This document shows, piece after piece, positions 28,597 to 37,933 of a stretch of DNA of 64,000 nucleotides. The stretch is from Myxococcales bacterium 68-20. Its GTDB lineage: Bacteria > Myxococcota_A > Polyangia > Polyangiales > Polyangiaceae. The DNA lies in assembly GCA_001899635.1 (NCBI GenBank), contig MKVQ01000029.1, positions 15,208-79,207 on the forward strand, written 5' to 3'. The notes under the pieces were generated by a model. That model was not told the origin of the DNA. It worked only from the letters and a program-made list of their open reading frames with translations, and did no database searches. A program made the position numbers and the translations under genes. Within the stretch, counting starts at the first letter, position 1. Every line of letters starts with the position of its first letter.

Positions 28597-28794
28597 CCTC
28601 ATCTTCGGGAGGGCCGCCGCGCCGACTCTCGTGGACGGCGAGGCCGTCCCATCGTCGTTCATCCCCAGCCGTTCGAAGAACCTCGCCTCATCCGTGGCGA
28701 TGTTCCGACGTGTCGCCGGCGTCAGGCCGGGCGCCCTTCGCGCCGCGTCCTGAAACGACGACGACGTGCCTACGCGCACCTCACTCCCGTTTGC

Positions 28795-29124
28795 TCACAC
28801 CTTGGGGAGGATGAGATCGCGCGCTCGATAGACGTGGAACTCGTAGCGCCCGATCTCGTTCAATCGCTTGAACTTGTCGGCGAAGGTGGCATCCGAGAAG
28901 AACGCTTCGACGTCGCCAGGCCCGGTGATGGCTTCGATGTTCACCACGGTCTGGCCATCGACGCTCGTGGCCAGCGTGCTCCACAAGAACTCCTTCCGAC
29001 GGTCGGCGACATAGTGAACGATCTCTCGAATGATGCTGAGGGCCGCCTCCTGCTTTCCGGGCTGAGCATGGATGACGTTGACGACGAAGACGGTGCCCTC
29101 AGCGAGCGAGTGGGATGCAGACAT
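28795..29124 (-). CDS. antibiotic-biosynthesis-monooxygenase (ABM/Dabb) domain protein
   Basis: MSASHSLAEGTVFVVNVIHAQPGKQEAALSIIREIVHYV...VVNIEAITGPGDVEAFF. The RBS aggag precedes ATG 29124. The gene is divergent from a LysR gene. Confidence 0.7.
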   Translation of the reverse strand: MSASHSLAEGTVFVVNVIHAQPGKQEAALSIIREIVHYVADRRKEFLWSTLATSVDGQTVVNIEAITGPGDVEAFFSDATFADKFKRLNEIGRYEFHVYRARDLILPKV

Positions 29125-29210
29125 GGTTTTGCTCCTGTTCGAGATTGCCGCGCAGAGCGGCTTCGACGAGCGATCTGATAGGCCCTTCGCGCAGCTCGAA
29201 AAACGCCCCA

Positions 29211-29244
29211 CGGTTCCGGTCATTGCGGAACCGTGGTCCGCAAT
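29211..29244. promoter_or_regulatory. two interleaved 8-bp inverted repeats in the ABM/LysR divergent promoter (candidate LysR operator)
   Basis: CGGTTCCG (29211-29218) pairs with CGGAACCG (29226-29233). ATTGCGGA (29222-29229) pairs with TCCGCAAT (29237-29244). Confidence 0.4.
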
Positions 29245-29267
29245 CGCCATCCAAGGAGACGGCGAAC

Positions 29268-30200
29268 ATGCAGAGGGCCATTCGAAAGAGCGACGATCTG
29301 GGCGAGATTGGTGTGTTCGTGCAGGTCGCGGAGACTCGCAGCTTCGTCGAGGCCGGCCGGCGCCTCGGCGTCTCCGCCTCCGCCGTCGGCAAGAGTATTG
29401 CTCGGCTCGAGGAGCGCTTCGGCACTCGCCTCTTCCACCGCACGACGCGTAGGGTCTCGCTTACCGAAGACGGCGCGCGCTTCCTCGTACGCTGTACGCG
29501 GATCGTCGAGGAGCTCGAGGGGGCCGAACTCGACTTCGCGCGCGGACACGATGCGCCTCGCGGCCGACTGCGCGTCGCCCTGCCGACGGCGAACGCATTC
29601 TTTTCCCCGCTATTGGCCGAGTTCTCCCGCGAGTACCCGGGCGTCGAGCTCGACGTCGAGCTCGGCGATCGCCTCGTCGATCTCGTCCATGAGGGCTTCG
29701 ACGTGGCCGTTCGCACCGGAGACCCGGACGACTCGCGCCTCTCGTCACGGAAGCTCGCGTCCTTCCGCAACGTCATTGTCGCCGCTCCGAAGTACCTGGC
29801 CGATCATCCGCCCCCATCCGAGCCGTCGGAGCTGAGCGAGCATCGCCTTCTCCTCTACAAAAAGCCTCGCACGGGCAAGATCGAGCCGTGGCCTCTTGGA
29901 CGAGCGGCCGGTTCAATCGCCCTCGGAGCAAAGGGCGGCGTCATCGCGAACAGCATGGAAACGCTCGTGAGCATGGCCGTGAACGGGCGTGGGCTCACGT
30001 CCGTCCCCGACTACTTCATCGGGCGCGAGCTGCGCGACGGACACCTGGTCCGCTTGCTCGACGGCCTTACTCCGTGCACCAACGCCTTTCGGTTGCTCTG
30101 GCCTGCGAAAGCACAGTTCGCCCCCAAGGTCCGCGCCTTCATCGACTTCTTCACCGCACGGCTCCCCCGAAGTCCGCGCGTTCCGCCATCCCCATGCTAG
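29268..30200 (+). CDS. LysR-family transcriptional regulator
   Basis: MQRAIRKSDDLGEIGVFVQVAETRSFVEAGRRLGVSASAVGKSIARLEERFGTRLFHRTTRRVSLTEDG, followed by a full substrate-binding domain. Confidence 0.9.
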   Translation: MQRAIRKSDDLGEIGVFVQVAETRSFVEAGRRLGVSASAVGKSIARLEERFGTRLFHRTTRRVSLTEDGARFLVRCTRIVEELEGAELDFARGHDAPRGRLRVALPTANAFFSPLLAEFSREYPGVELDVELGDRLVDLVHEGFDVAVRTGDPDDSRLSSRKLASFRNVIVAAPKYLADHPPPSEPSELSEHRLLLYKKPRTGKIEPWPLGRAAGSIALGAKGGVIANSMETLVSMAVNGRGLTSVPDYFIGRELRDGHLVRLLDGLTPCTNAFRLLWPAKAQFAPKVRAFIDFFTARLPRSPRVPPSPC

Positions 30201-30209
30201 GGAACGCGC

Positions 30210-30554
30210 ATGTCTTCTCGGCTCTTGCTTCTTTCGATGACTTCATCGTGGGCACTCGCGTGCAGCGGTGGCAGCGCCGGCCTGGCGGAGGCGGGGCTCG
30301 GCCTCATCACGTACGCGGCCCACTCGCCGACCGTGGGCGTGGTGCGCCGCGAGCTCACGGACGTGAAGTGCGTATGGGGCCGCCTCGATGAAGCTTCCGT
30401 GAAGGCAAAGCACACGCTCCGAGTGGAAGGCGTCGGCACTGACGGAGCCGCCCGCTCGTCGATGGACGCGTTCGCGCAGTTTTCCTTCGATACGGAGAGC
30501 CCGACATCGCGGACATTCCGCATCCCGGACTTCGACTATCCCTTCAATGCCTAG
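30210..30554 (+). CDS. small hypothetical lipoprotein
   Basis: MSSRLLLLSMTSSWALACSGG (lipobox-like). I recognise no family. It starts 10 bp after the LysR stop. Confidence 0.4.
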   Translation: MSSRLLLLSMTSSWALACSGGSAGLAEAGLGLITYAAHSPTVGVVRRELTDVKCVWGRLDEASVKAKHTLRVEGVGTDGAARSSMDAFAQFSFDTESPTSRTFRIPDFDYPFNA

Positions 30555-30966
30555 TCGAGGACAGATGAACGAAGCAGACCGCGTACGGCTCACCGCCAAC
30601 GGCGTGCCACCGAATGCACTCCGAGCCGCCCGGGACGGCGGCGCCGCGGTGCATCCGGCCCTGGCGTACCGTCTTGGTGCGCCCTGGAAGACGGCGCTCT
30701 CGCCCGCGCGGGCGAGGCTCTTGCCACTCTGGGAATGCGGAACCGTCGTGACCGGGCTCCGCGACGACGGCATGTTCGTGCAGGTTTCCCTCGAGCTCCC
30801 GGATGAGCCGTTCTGGGCGACTCCGTCCTTCGACGATGTCACCGAACGCCTTCTGGTCACGCTCTGGGAGGACGACGTCGAGGTGGTGGCTCTGCGAGAG
30901 GTCGCCCGCCTGTTCCAGTTCCGGCGCATCGAACCGCTCCTCCGTCGGCTCGATGGCCCGGGGTGA
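30547..30966 (+). CDS. hypothetical cytoplasmic protein (weak resemblance to SUKH/SMI1-type immunity-like proteins)
   Basis: It overlaps the previous ORF by 8 bp. The composition is protein-like (..LLPLWECGTVVTGLRDDGMFVQVSLELPDEPFW..LLVTLWEDD..). The family is not confidently recognised. Confidence 0.45.
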   Translation: MPSRGQMNEADRVRLTANGVPPNALRAARDGGAAVHPALAYRLGAPWKTALSPARARLLPLWECGTVVTGLRDDGMFVQVSLELPDEPFWATPSFDDVTERLLVTLWEDDVEVVALREVARLFQFRRIEPLLRRLDGPG

Positions 30967-31052
30967 AACGGAGCGAGCCGCCACGTCGCGCGCCAGCTCC
31001 GCCGGTCTTCAATCGAAGCCCGGCGCCCCCACCCCATTGGCGATCGTCGAGA

Positions 31053-31274
31053 TCACGCGTGTGGGCGTCTCTCGTCAGGCAGGCCTGAGGTGTTGGGTGG
31101 GACCGACCAGCGCTCCTCGTCCGCGTCATAGACGCCGCCGCGTCGCTCTGCGCATTCGAAGCAGAGGTATGTGTCCGGCCCGCTCGTGAAGGTACGGTCC
31201 ACGTCGGGCCAGAGGACCGAGCCGCATTCGATGCAGGCCGTGGCCTCATCCCAGTCACCGCTGTCTTGGGTCAT
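31053..31274 (-). CDS. small zinc-ribbon protein
   Basis: MTQDSGDWDEATACIECGSVLWPDVDRTFTSGPDTYLCFECAERRGGVYD contains CxxC-N22-CxxC. The start is placed at ATG 31274. Confidence 0.45.
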   Translation of the reverse strand: MTQDSGDWDEATACIECGSVLWPDVDRTFTSGPDTYLCFECAERRGGVYDADEERWSVPPNTSGLPDERRPHA

Positions 31275-31428
31275 GACATCCGCGAGAGGTTCAAGAAAGG
31301 TGCCACGGCTGGCGCAACACGGACCGCACACGGCGTCGGGACCAGATGGGCCCGCAGGCGCATCTCGTCCGCTCTCGGAGAGGTCGACGCGAGACCGGGT
31401 CGAAGCGTTGCCGCTCAGTCATCTCCGC

Positions 31429-31692
31429 TCAAGGGGGCGGCACCTCGACCTCCGTGAAGTCGCCTCGATCGCGCAGGCGAGTCTTCCCCTCGGTGCGAGC
31501 GCAGCTGGCTCCGCAGTAGATCGAGCCCTGCTCCTCGACGCCATGGCCGAGGACGCGACAGCCGCAGTGCCCACACACGGGCGCAAGCGCATGAATCGCG
31601 CACTCGAAGCAGTCGAACGTGTACGTCCGTCCGTCCTTTTGCACGTCGAACGTCTTGTCGTAGTCGTTGTCGCAGGTGTGGCATCGAGGCAT
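31429..31692 (-). CDS. small Cys/His-rich metal-binding protein (conserved MPxCxxC..FDCFECAIH..CxHCGC family, often annotated metallothionein-like)
   Basis: MPRCHTCDNDYDKTFDVQKDGRTYTFDCFECAIHALAPVCGHCGCRVLGHGVEEQGSIYCGASCAR has 9 Cys in 64 aa. The RBS gaaggag precedes ATG 31692. Confidence 0.6.
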   Translation of the reverse strand: MPRCHTCDNDYDKTFDVQKDGRTYTFDCFECAIHALAPVCGHCGCRVLGHGVEEQGSIYCGASCARTEGKTRLRDRGDFTEVEVPPP

Positions 31693-32108
31693 CGTCGTTC
31701 TCCTTCCGTCGCTTCGTGCACGGCCGGCTTCACCGAGAAGCGCCCGCGTCGACGAGCAGCGCGCGAGCTTCAGGGAAGTGCGGACGTGCGAAGGCCGAGC
31801 AGGCGACATGCCAAACGGCGTCACGTAGCACTCGGTGACGTTCCTCAGGTCCAGCTCGCGTCGTTCTCGAGCCTATGAAATTCGCGCCTGAACGCGGCCT
31901 CGAGGTGAAGTACGGAGCGTGGCCGACGGGCAAGCCGCTCCGCTGCCATCTCCTCGATGAGCACGATGGTGTGGTGCTTGGGGAGGCAGCGCGAGCGGTG
32001 AAACGCCCGACGCCGCCGCGTCCTCGGCCGGCCGCGCGGCGCCGGTAGACGTCCGCGGGTTCGATGCGCCCGCGTGTCGACCGCCGCCGCGTCCGGCTCG
32101 ACCGTGGA

Positions 32109-33569
32109 TCAGGTGAAGATCGCCTGACCGGGCGTCAGCACGTTGTCCGGATCGAATCGACGTTTCGAGCTGACGAGCAGGCCCCAACGCGGCCGGAAGT
32201 GCTGCTGCCAGTCATGGCGCGAGAAGGGTATCGACCCGATCGAGTACCGAGTACCGCCGACGCGCACCACCTGGTCGTAGAGCGCCCGGTTGTGGGCCAC
32301 CATCGCGTTGAGCGTCGCCGGATCGTTCGGCGGTGCGGTCCGTAGGAGATTGAACGCGAACGCGACCGGCTCGTTCGGCAGAGGATAGAGCGCCTGGCGA
32401 ATCTTCGAGGTGGCGATCGGGTAAAACAGAATTGGGCCTTGCCCGGTATCGGCTTCCGTGAGCGTTCTCAGAATATTGCCGACATACGTGTTGGCCTTCG
32501 ATGCCGGAACGAACACGCTGTACCAAGGGTGCGGAAAGAACCAGACGCCGATCGCCTTGAGAAATGCGGTTACCGGATCGATCCGGAACTGCCAGCCGAC
32601 GTAGGTGGTGTCCGAGATCACGCGCTCACTCGCGTTGTCCTTGAGGCCGGCGAGCAGCGCGGCATCGTTGGGTGCGGACGGAGGCGTAAAGTACGCTGCC
32701 GCTTCGATCATGAAGCGCCACCCCGTGTCGCTCGCTCGAGGCACGACTTGTCCCTCGAGGTAGCCGAAGCGGCCCTCCGCGAGCAGGCGCCTTTGATCGC
32801 TCGTGTAGAGCGCGATGTCGTCGTAGTAGAGGTTGTAGACACGTGCCTGCGTCGGCGCCGGGATCATGCGGATTGTCGCGCGCACGATGATGGCGAACTG
32901 TCCGAGGCCGGCGAGGACGACTTCGAACAGATCGGCGCGCCGGCGTGGCGAGCAGGTGACGAGGTCGCCTTCGCCCGTCACGACGGTGAGCTCGAGCACG
33001 TTGTCGACCTGCAAGCCGTGGTGCTGCGTCGCCCCACCGAGTCCGCCGACGCTGAGCGTGCCGCCCACGGATAGATCCTGATAGTCGGTGAGCACCGGCG
33101 GAGTGACGCCTGCCGCGGCGCCCTCTTCGATGACCTTACGCCATGTCACGCCGGCGTCGACGGTCGCTCGATCCGATCCGATGTGATGGATCGTGTCGAG
33201 GGTACGCGAGTCGATGACGATTCCCGCGAAGGCTTGCGCTTGGCCGTAGTTCGAATGCCCTTGGCCTCGCATCGCGACCTTGAGGCAATTCCGACGAGCG
33301 AACCGTACGATCTTGACGATGTCCTCGACCGATCCCGGCCGGAGCACCGCCCGCGGCCGTCGATGCACGATGTGGCCGTAGTCGTCGGCGGCTTCTTGGA
33401 GGCTCGCATCGTCGGTGACGAGCACGCCGTCGAGGGGCGGGATGCGATGCAGCGGCCCACTCGCGAGCGCGTCGGTCACCCATGAACGCCGAACGGGATC
33501 GAAGCCGAGCACCACCGCTCCTGCCGCGACCCCGCCGAGAAACGTGCGACGAGAAAGAGCTTGCACCAT
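32109..33569 (-). CDS. TAT-exported FAD-binding oxidoreductase (PCMH-type, cytokinin-dehydrogenase-like)
   Basis: MVQALSRRTFLGGVAAGAVVLG is the twin-arginine signal. Also present are VAMRGQGHSNYGQA and DLSVGGTLSVGGLGG. Confidence 0.85.
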   Translation of the reverse strand: MVQALSRRTFLGGVAAGAVVLGFDPVRRSWVTDALASGPLHRIPPLDGVLVTDDASLQEAADDYGHIVHRRPRAVLRPGSVEDIVKIVRFARRNCLKVAMRGQGHSNYGQAQAFAGIVIDSRTLDTIHHIGSDRATVDAGVTWRKVIEEGAAAGVTPPVLTDYQDLSVGGTLSVGGLGGATQHHGLQVDNVLELTVVTGEGDLVTCSPRRRADLFEVVLAGLGQFAIIVRATIRMIPAPTQARVYNLYYDDIALYTSDQRRLLAEGRFGYLEGQVVPRASDTGWRFMIEAAAYFTPPSAPNDAALLAGLKDNASERVISDTTYVGWQFRIDPVTAFLKAIGVWFFPHPWYSVFVPASKANTYVGNILRTLTEADTGQGPILFYPIATSKIRQALYPLPNEPVAFAFNLLRTAPPNDPATLNAMVAHNRALYDQVVRVGGTRYSIGSIPFSRHDWQQHFRPRWGLLVSSKRRFDPDNVLTPGQAIFT

Positions 33570-33701
33570 TCGAGGGTCCCCTTGTCGCTGCCGGTGCGGC
33601 GGGCGTGTGTTCCGCCGATCGCAGCGCACCTCGGGCAGCATCGAGCGTGCGCTCGGATCGAGTGTCTCACGAAATGCGCGAATTTGGCGCAAGCATCGCG
33701 A

Positions 33702-35246
33702 CTAGTGATCGCGGTTCTGTGGCAGCTCTGGTCGCAACGACGTGGGGAGCACTACACGGAAGGTCGTCCCCACACCTTCACGGCTCTCCACCGAGATCTC
33801 GCCGCTTAGCGCAGTCACGATGTGATGACAGATCGAAAGACCGAGGCCGCTGCCTACGCCCGGCGCCTTGGTCGTGAAGAACGGGTCGAAGGCGCGCCCG
33901 AGCAGGTGGGCAGGCATGCCCATGCCGTTATCGTGCACTTCGACCACGACGGTTCCGTCGTCTCCGCTCCGCACGACGACCCGGATCTCGTTACCGTCGC
34001 GTCGGTCCGGCGGCATCGCCTGCGCCGCGTTCGTGAGGAGGTTGACGAAGATCTGGACGAGGCGCCCCTCCGGAGCCGTGGCCGGAGGCACCTCCCCGTA
34101 TTCGGTCACGATGCGCAAGCCTGGCGGTGGCGTTCGGAGCGCCATCATGATCGAGAAGTCGAGAACCGCGCGGAGGTCCACGGCCGTCCCGCCGATGTTC
34201 TCTTCGCGCGAGAACAGTCGAAGGTCCTGAACGATCTTCCGAACCGACTCGGCACCTTCTCTTGCCATGCGTACGGCTTCGCGCAGCATCTCTAGATCGC
34301 GCTGCTGCGTGGGAGGTGAGCGTTCCGCGAGCAACGAAGAGATGCTCTCCAAGTTGAGCATCAGATACCCGAGCGGGTTGTTGATCTCGTGGCCGACGCC
34401 GGCTGCGAGCGTGCCCAGGGACGCGAGCCGCTCCGCCTGGAGGAGGCGGGCCTGCATTTTCTTCTGCTCGGTCACGTCGCGAACGAGGAAGGACATCGTG
34501 CGCGGGTCGCCGGGCGATGGCGGCCTCAGCACCGGGTCAGCCGTGAACCAGCGGCGTCCGCCGGGCACGTCGAGCACGTATTCGAGTGTCTCCCTCTGTC
34601 CGGTCGCGAAGAGCCTCTTCACGTTGTCCGTGAGCTGTTCGCCGATGGGAGATCCGAGGACTTCGATGAGCGTTCGTCCCTTCAGATCTTCCGACGGCTT
34701 GGCGAGCAACGCAGGATTGTTCGTCCAGACGCTCACGTAGCGCGCCTCGGAGTCGAGCTCGAATACGATCCCGTCGGTGTAGATCGCAAGCACCTCGAGA
34801 CGTGACTCCGCGGCGCGCAGAGCCGAGGCGAGATCCACGTCGGTCCGCGCGTCTCGGGCACCCCAAATACGGAGAGGTTCGGCCTGATCGAGCGTCGGAA
34901 TCGGCGTGCTCCACCATTCGAACGGTCGCCCGTCGCGCCGTGTGACACGCCGACTCCAGGCGCCGTGATCGAGCGTGGTCTGGACCAATAGTGTCTGTTG
35001 GTCGGCGTCGACGAGCTGGGCTACGACCTGCTCGAGAAACGGCACGATCGACGTCGGCGAGTCCTCGTCGATGTTCCACATGCGCGCGAATGGCTCGTTG
35101 TACGCGACGACGGTTCCGTCGGCCGTAAACGCGAGGAGGCCGAGCTCCGAGGCCGCGGCCCAAGACCACAGCGCCGCTGCGAACCGCTTCGCCTCGCCGG
35201 ATGACGTTGCAGCTTCCAGCCCACCCCAGGACGACACGTCCTCCAC
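33702..35246 (-). CDS. PAS-domain sensor histidine kinase (cytoplasmic, no receiver)
   Basis: There are two or three PAS-like segments ([13 protein letters not shown]..). The H-box is [12 protein letters not shown], the N box [10 protein letters not shown], the G1 box HDNGMGM and the G2 box GSGLGLSI. Confidence 0.9.
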   Translation of the reverse strand: MEDVSSWGGLEAATSSGEAKRFAAALWSWAAASELGLLAFTADGTVVAYNEPFARMWNIDEDSPTSIVPFLEQVVAQLVDADQQTLLVQTTLDHGAWSRRVTRRDGRPFEWWSTPIPTLDQAEPLRIWGARDARTDVDLASALRAAESRLEVLAIYTDGIVFELDSEARYVSVWTNNPALLAKPSEDLKGRTLIEVLGSPIGEQLTDNVKRLFATGQRETLEYVLDVPGGRRWFTADPVLRPPSPGDPRTMSFLVRDVTEQKKMQARLLQAERLASLGTLAAGVGHEINNPLGYLMLNLESISSLLAERSPPTQQRDLEMLREAVRMAREGAESVRKIVQDLRLFSREENIGGTAVDLRAVLDFSIMMALRTPPPGLRIVTEYGEVPPATAPEGRLVQIFVNLLTNAAQAMPPDRRDGNEIRVVVRSGDDGTVVVEVHDNGMGMPAHLLGRAFDPFFTTKAPGVGSGLGLSICHHIVTALSGEISVESREGVGTTFRVVLPTSLRPELPQNRDH

Positions 35247-35410
35247 ATTACGCGAATTTGCGGGAACACGCGAATCGGGCGCGACGCACTGGATCCTCGG
35301 CGAACCGGATCACCGGAGATGCCCGATATTGCAAGGAGGTGACACGGTATTCACACCGTCCGCCGGTGACTGCGCTGGGCTCCGTCGCGCGTATCGAGGC
35401 ATCGACGCGG

Positions 35411-36376
35411 CTACCTCGGGCGGCCCACGACCCTGTTTCGGCCCTCTTGCTTGGCGCGATAGAGGCGCCGGTCGACCTCTTCGATGAAGAGCAGCGCGCT
35501 GTCGTCCCGTGAAGGGATGATGGTGCCGACGCCGATGCTGACGGTGACGGTCGGCGCGACCGAGGAGGTCTCGTGCGGGATGGCCTCTTCGGCGATCGCG
35601 TCACGGCAGCGGGCGGCGACACGCTCGGCCCCGCTCTCGTCGGTCTCCGGAAGGACGAGCGCGAACTCCTCCCCACCGTAGCGGGCGAAAAAGTCGCGCG
35701 GACGCCTCGCTCCACGCCGCAGCGTCTGGGCCACCCGTTTCAAGCACTCGTCGCCGCGAACATGCCCGTACCGATCGTTGTACTGCTTGAAGCAGTCGAT
35801 ATCGATCATGACGAGCGAGAGCGGCCGCTGGTTGCGACCGGCCGAGCCCCATTCCGCCTCCATGATCGTGTCGAAGCGGCGGCGATTCCCGACGTCGGTG
35901 AGGCCGTCCTTGAACGAGAGATCCTCCAGCTCTCGCTGGAGACCCATCAGTCTCTCTTCGGACCTCTTGCGCTCGCTGATGTCGAACATGAAGCCGATCA
36001 GCGCTTCGACGACGCCGTCTGCGTTTCGAACCACATGCACCACGTCGCGCAGCCAGACGTAGCTCCCGTCTTTCGTGAGCGCGCGGTAATCCGCCTCGTG
36101 ATCGACTCCGGCCTTCGACTGCGCGACGCAATAGTCGACGACCCACTGCCGATCGTCGGGGTGCATCCGATCGGCCCAGTCTTGCACCGTCACCCAGCTC
36201 TCGGGCGACCATCCGAGAAGCGCTTCGATCTGCGGCCCGATGTAAGCGAACCTCTTCGTGCTCCAGTCGATCTTCCACGGGATCGCCTTGGTGGACTCGA
36301 GCAGCGTCTTGTAGACCGCGCTGTCGACCTCCGGCTTCGCCGCGTTCGTGGGCACGTCATCGTTTGCCATCCGCAC
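35411..36376 (-). CDS. PAS-GGDEF diguanylate cyclase
   Basis: The PAS segment reads WVTVQDWADRMHPDD..YRALTKDGSYVWLRD. Then DGLTDVGNRRRF and RYGGEEFALVL (GGEEF active site). RxxD is not obvious. Confidence 0.9.
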   Translation of the reverse strand: MRMANDDVPTNAAKPEVDSAVYKTLLESTKAIPWKIDWSTKRFAYIGPQIEALLGWSPESWVTVQDWADRMHPDDRQWVVDYCVAQSKAGVDHEADYRALTKDGSYVWLRDVVHVVRNADGVVEALIGFMFDISERKRSEERLMGLQRELEDLSFKDGLTDVGNRRRFDTIMEAEWGSAGRNQRPLSLVMIDIDCFKQYNDRYGHVRGDECLKRVAQTLRRGARRPRDFFARYGGEEFALVLPETDESGAERVAARCRDAIAEEAIPHETSSVAPTVTVSIGVGTIIPSRDDSALLFIEEVDRRLYRAKQEGRNRVVGRPR

Positions 36377-36427
36377 CCCTACACGAACGTCAGAGCCGCA
36401 TCGGCTCGCCGGGACAATCGTACACGC

Positions 36428-37807
36428 TCAGGTCCGGAGGCGCGCGCGGATCCGGCCGATCGCCTCGGGCTCGGAGCGCCACCGCACGGTGACGCCACCC
36501 TCTTCCCAGCGCTCCTCGACGACGCGACCGGCATCGTGCATCTCGCTGAGGACCGCCTGGCGGTCGTACGGGATCACGATCTCGATCTCCTCGTAGGCGG
36601 ACTCGAAGATCTCGATGATCCGCTGGCGCACGGAGGCGACGTGGGCCGGATCGCGCGCGGTGACGAACCACGCGTCCGGAAGGCGCCGCCGCAGGCGCTC
36701 GAGGACCTCGGGCTCGAGGAGGTCGATCTTGTTCATCACGAGCGTCGACGGGACCTCGTGCGCGCCGATCTCGGCGAGCACCTCCTGCGTCACCTCGAGC
36801 TGGGACTCCCACGAGGGATCGGCTGCATCGACGACATGGAGGAGATGCGAAGCCTCGAGCGCCTCGTCGAGGGTCGACTTGAAGCTCGCCACGAGATCGT
36901 GCGGGAGCTTCTTGATGAAGCCGACGGTGTCGCTCACGAGGATGCGCGGCTTCGCCTCCGGCTGGAGCGCGCGCACCGTGGTGTCGAGTGTGGCGAAGAG
37001 CTTGTCCTCGACGTAGACCTCGCTCGCGGTGAGCGCGCGCATCAAGGACGACTTGCCGGCGTTCGTGTAGCCGACGAGCGCGATGCGCCGCGCCTGCCGG
37101 CGATGCGACCGGCGTACGTCCTGGTCGCGCTGGACCGACTCGAGCTCCTCGCGCAGCTCCGCGATCCGGTCGCGGACCTTTCGGCGATCGAGCTCGAGCG
37201 CGGCTTCACCGGCGCCGCGTCCGCGCTGGCGCTCCTTGCCTCCCGGCGACTCGCGCATGCGCGGAGCGGTGTACGTGAGGCGCGCGATCTCGACCTGGAG
37301 GCGCGCCTCGCGGCTCTTCGCGTGGCGGTGGAAGATCTCGATGATGACGCCGGTGCGGTCGAGCACCTGGACGCCCGTGGCGCGCTCGAGGTTCCGCGCC
37401 TGGCTCGGCGAGATGTCGTGGTCGACGGCGACGAGGTCGACCTTCGCGCTGGCGACGAGCTCACCGGTGTCCGCCTCGTCCTCGTCGTCGTCCTCGACCT
37501 CGTCGTCGTCCTCGCGCCCCTCGGCTTCACGGCGGAGCCGCGCCTTGTCGCGACGCTTCGGCGCGGTCGTCCCGAGCTCGCCCGTGCCGCCGGTGATCTC
37601 GGCGAGCTCCTGGAGCTTGCCCTCGCCGATGACCGCAGCAGCCTCGAGATGCGAGCGCGGCTGCACGACGCGCGCGACGACCTCGTAGCCGAGCGTCGTG
37701 ACGAGACGGCCGAGCTCTTCGAGGCTCGACTCGAACTCGAGATCCTCGACCCGAGGAAAGTGAACCGCGACGATGACGGCCTTCGGGCGTTTGACGGGAG
37801 TAACCAA
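36428..37807 (-). CDS. hflX: GTPase HflX
   Basis: The HflX N-domain is followed by G1 LVGYTNAGKSSL, DTVGF and NKID. An acidic insertion (REDDDEVEDDDEDEAD) is present. The start is apparently TTG. Confidence 0.9.
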   Translation of the reverse strand: MVTPVKRPKAVIVAVHFPRVEDLEFESSLEELGRLVTTLGYEVVARVVQPRSHLEAAAVIGEGKLQELAEITGGTGELGTTAPKRRDKARLRREAEGREDDDEVEDDDEDEADTGELVASAKVDLVAVDHDISPSQARNLERATGVQVLDRTGVIIEIFHRHAKSREARLQVEIARLTYTAPRMRESPGGKERQRGRGAGEAALELDRRKVRDRIAELREELESVQRDQDVRRSHRRQARRIALVGYTNAGKSSLMRALTASEVYVEDKLFATLDTTVRALQPEAKPRILVSDTVGFIKKLPHDLVASFKSTLDEALEASHLLHVVDAADPSWESQLEVTQEVLAEIGAHEVPSTLVMNKIDLLEPEVLERLRRRLPDAWFVTARDPAHVASVRQRIIEIFESAYEEIEIVIPYDRQAVLSEMHDAGRVVEERWEEGGVTVRWRSEPEAIGRIRARLRT

Positions 37808-37933
37808 GGGCGCCGATCGCTACCACGGGCGCGGCCTCGCGCGAACGCGAGATGTGCGAAGCGCGCCTGGGCCGCCGTGGCGGCTTGCCCCCCGGGACAG
37901 CCGCGCTCGGCTGGGGCGAGGAGCGCGGCCGCG

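Noticed and set aside
28594-28779. 61-aa minus ORF (..LTPATRRNIATDEARFFERLGMND..) between the LysR remnant and the ABM gene
   Set aside because: It might be the tail of another decayed gene, but it has no recognisable family and poor start context.
31873-32108. Possible gene remnant on the minus strand (..LPKHHTIVLIEEMAAERLARRPRSVLHLEAAFRREFHRLENDASWT), vaguely AraC-like
   Set aside because: It is too short and the resemblance too weak to call, with no start codon or HTH I can defend. I treat it as unannotated spacer; a blastx search would settle it.
33685-33699. Good-looking sigma54 core TGGCGC-N5-TCGC
   Set aside because: It is on the plus strand pointing into the 3' end of the minus-strand histidine kinase gene, with no plus-strand gene downstream, so it is probably fortuitous.
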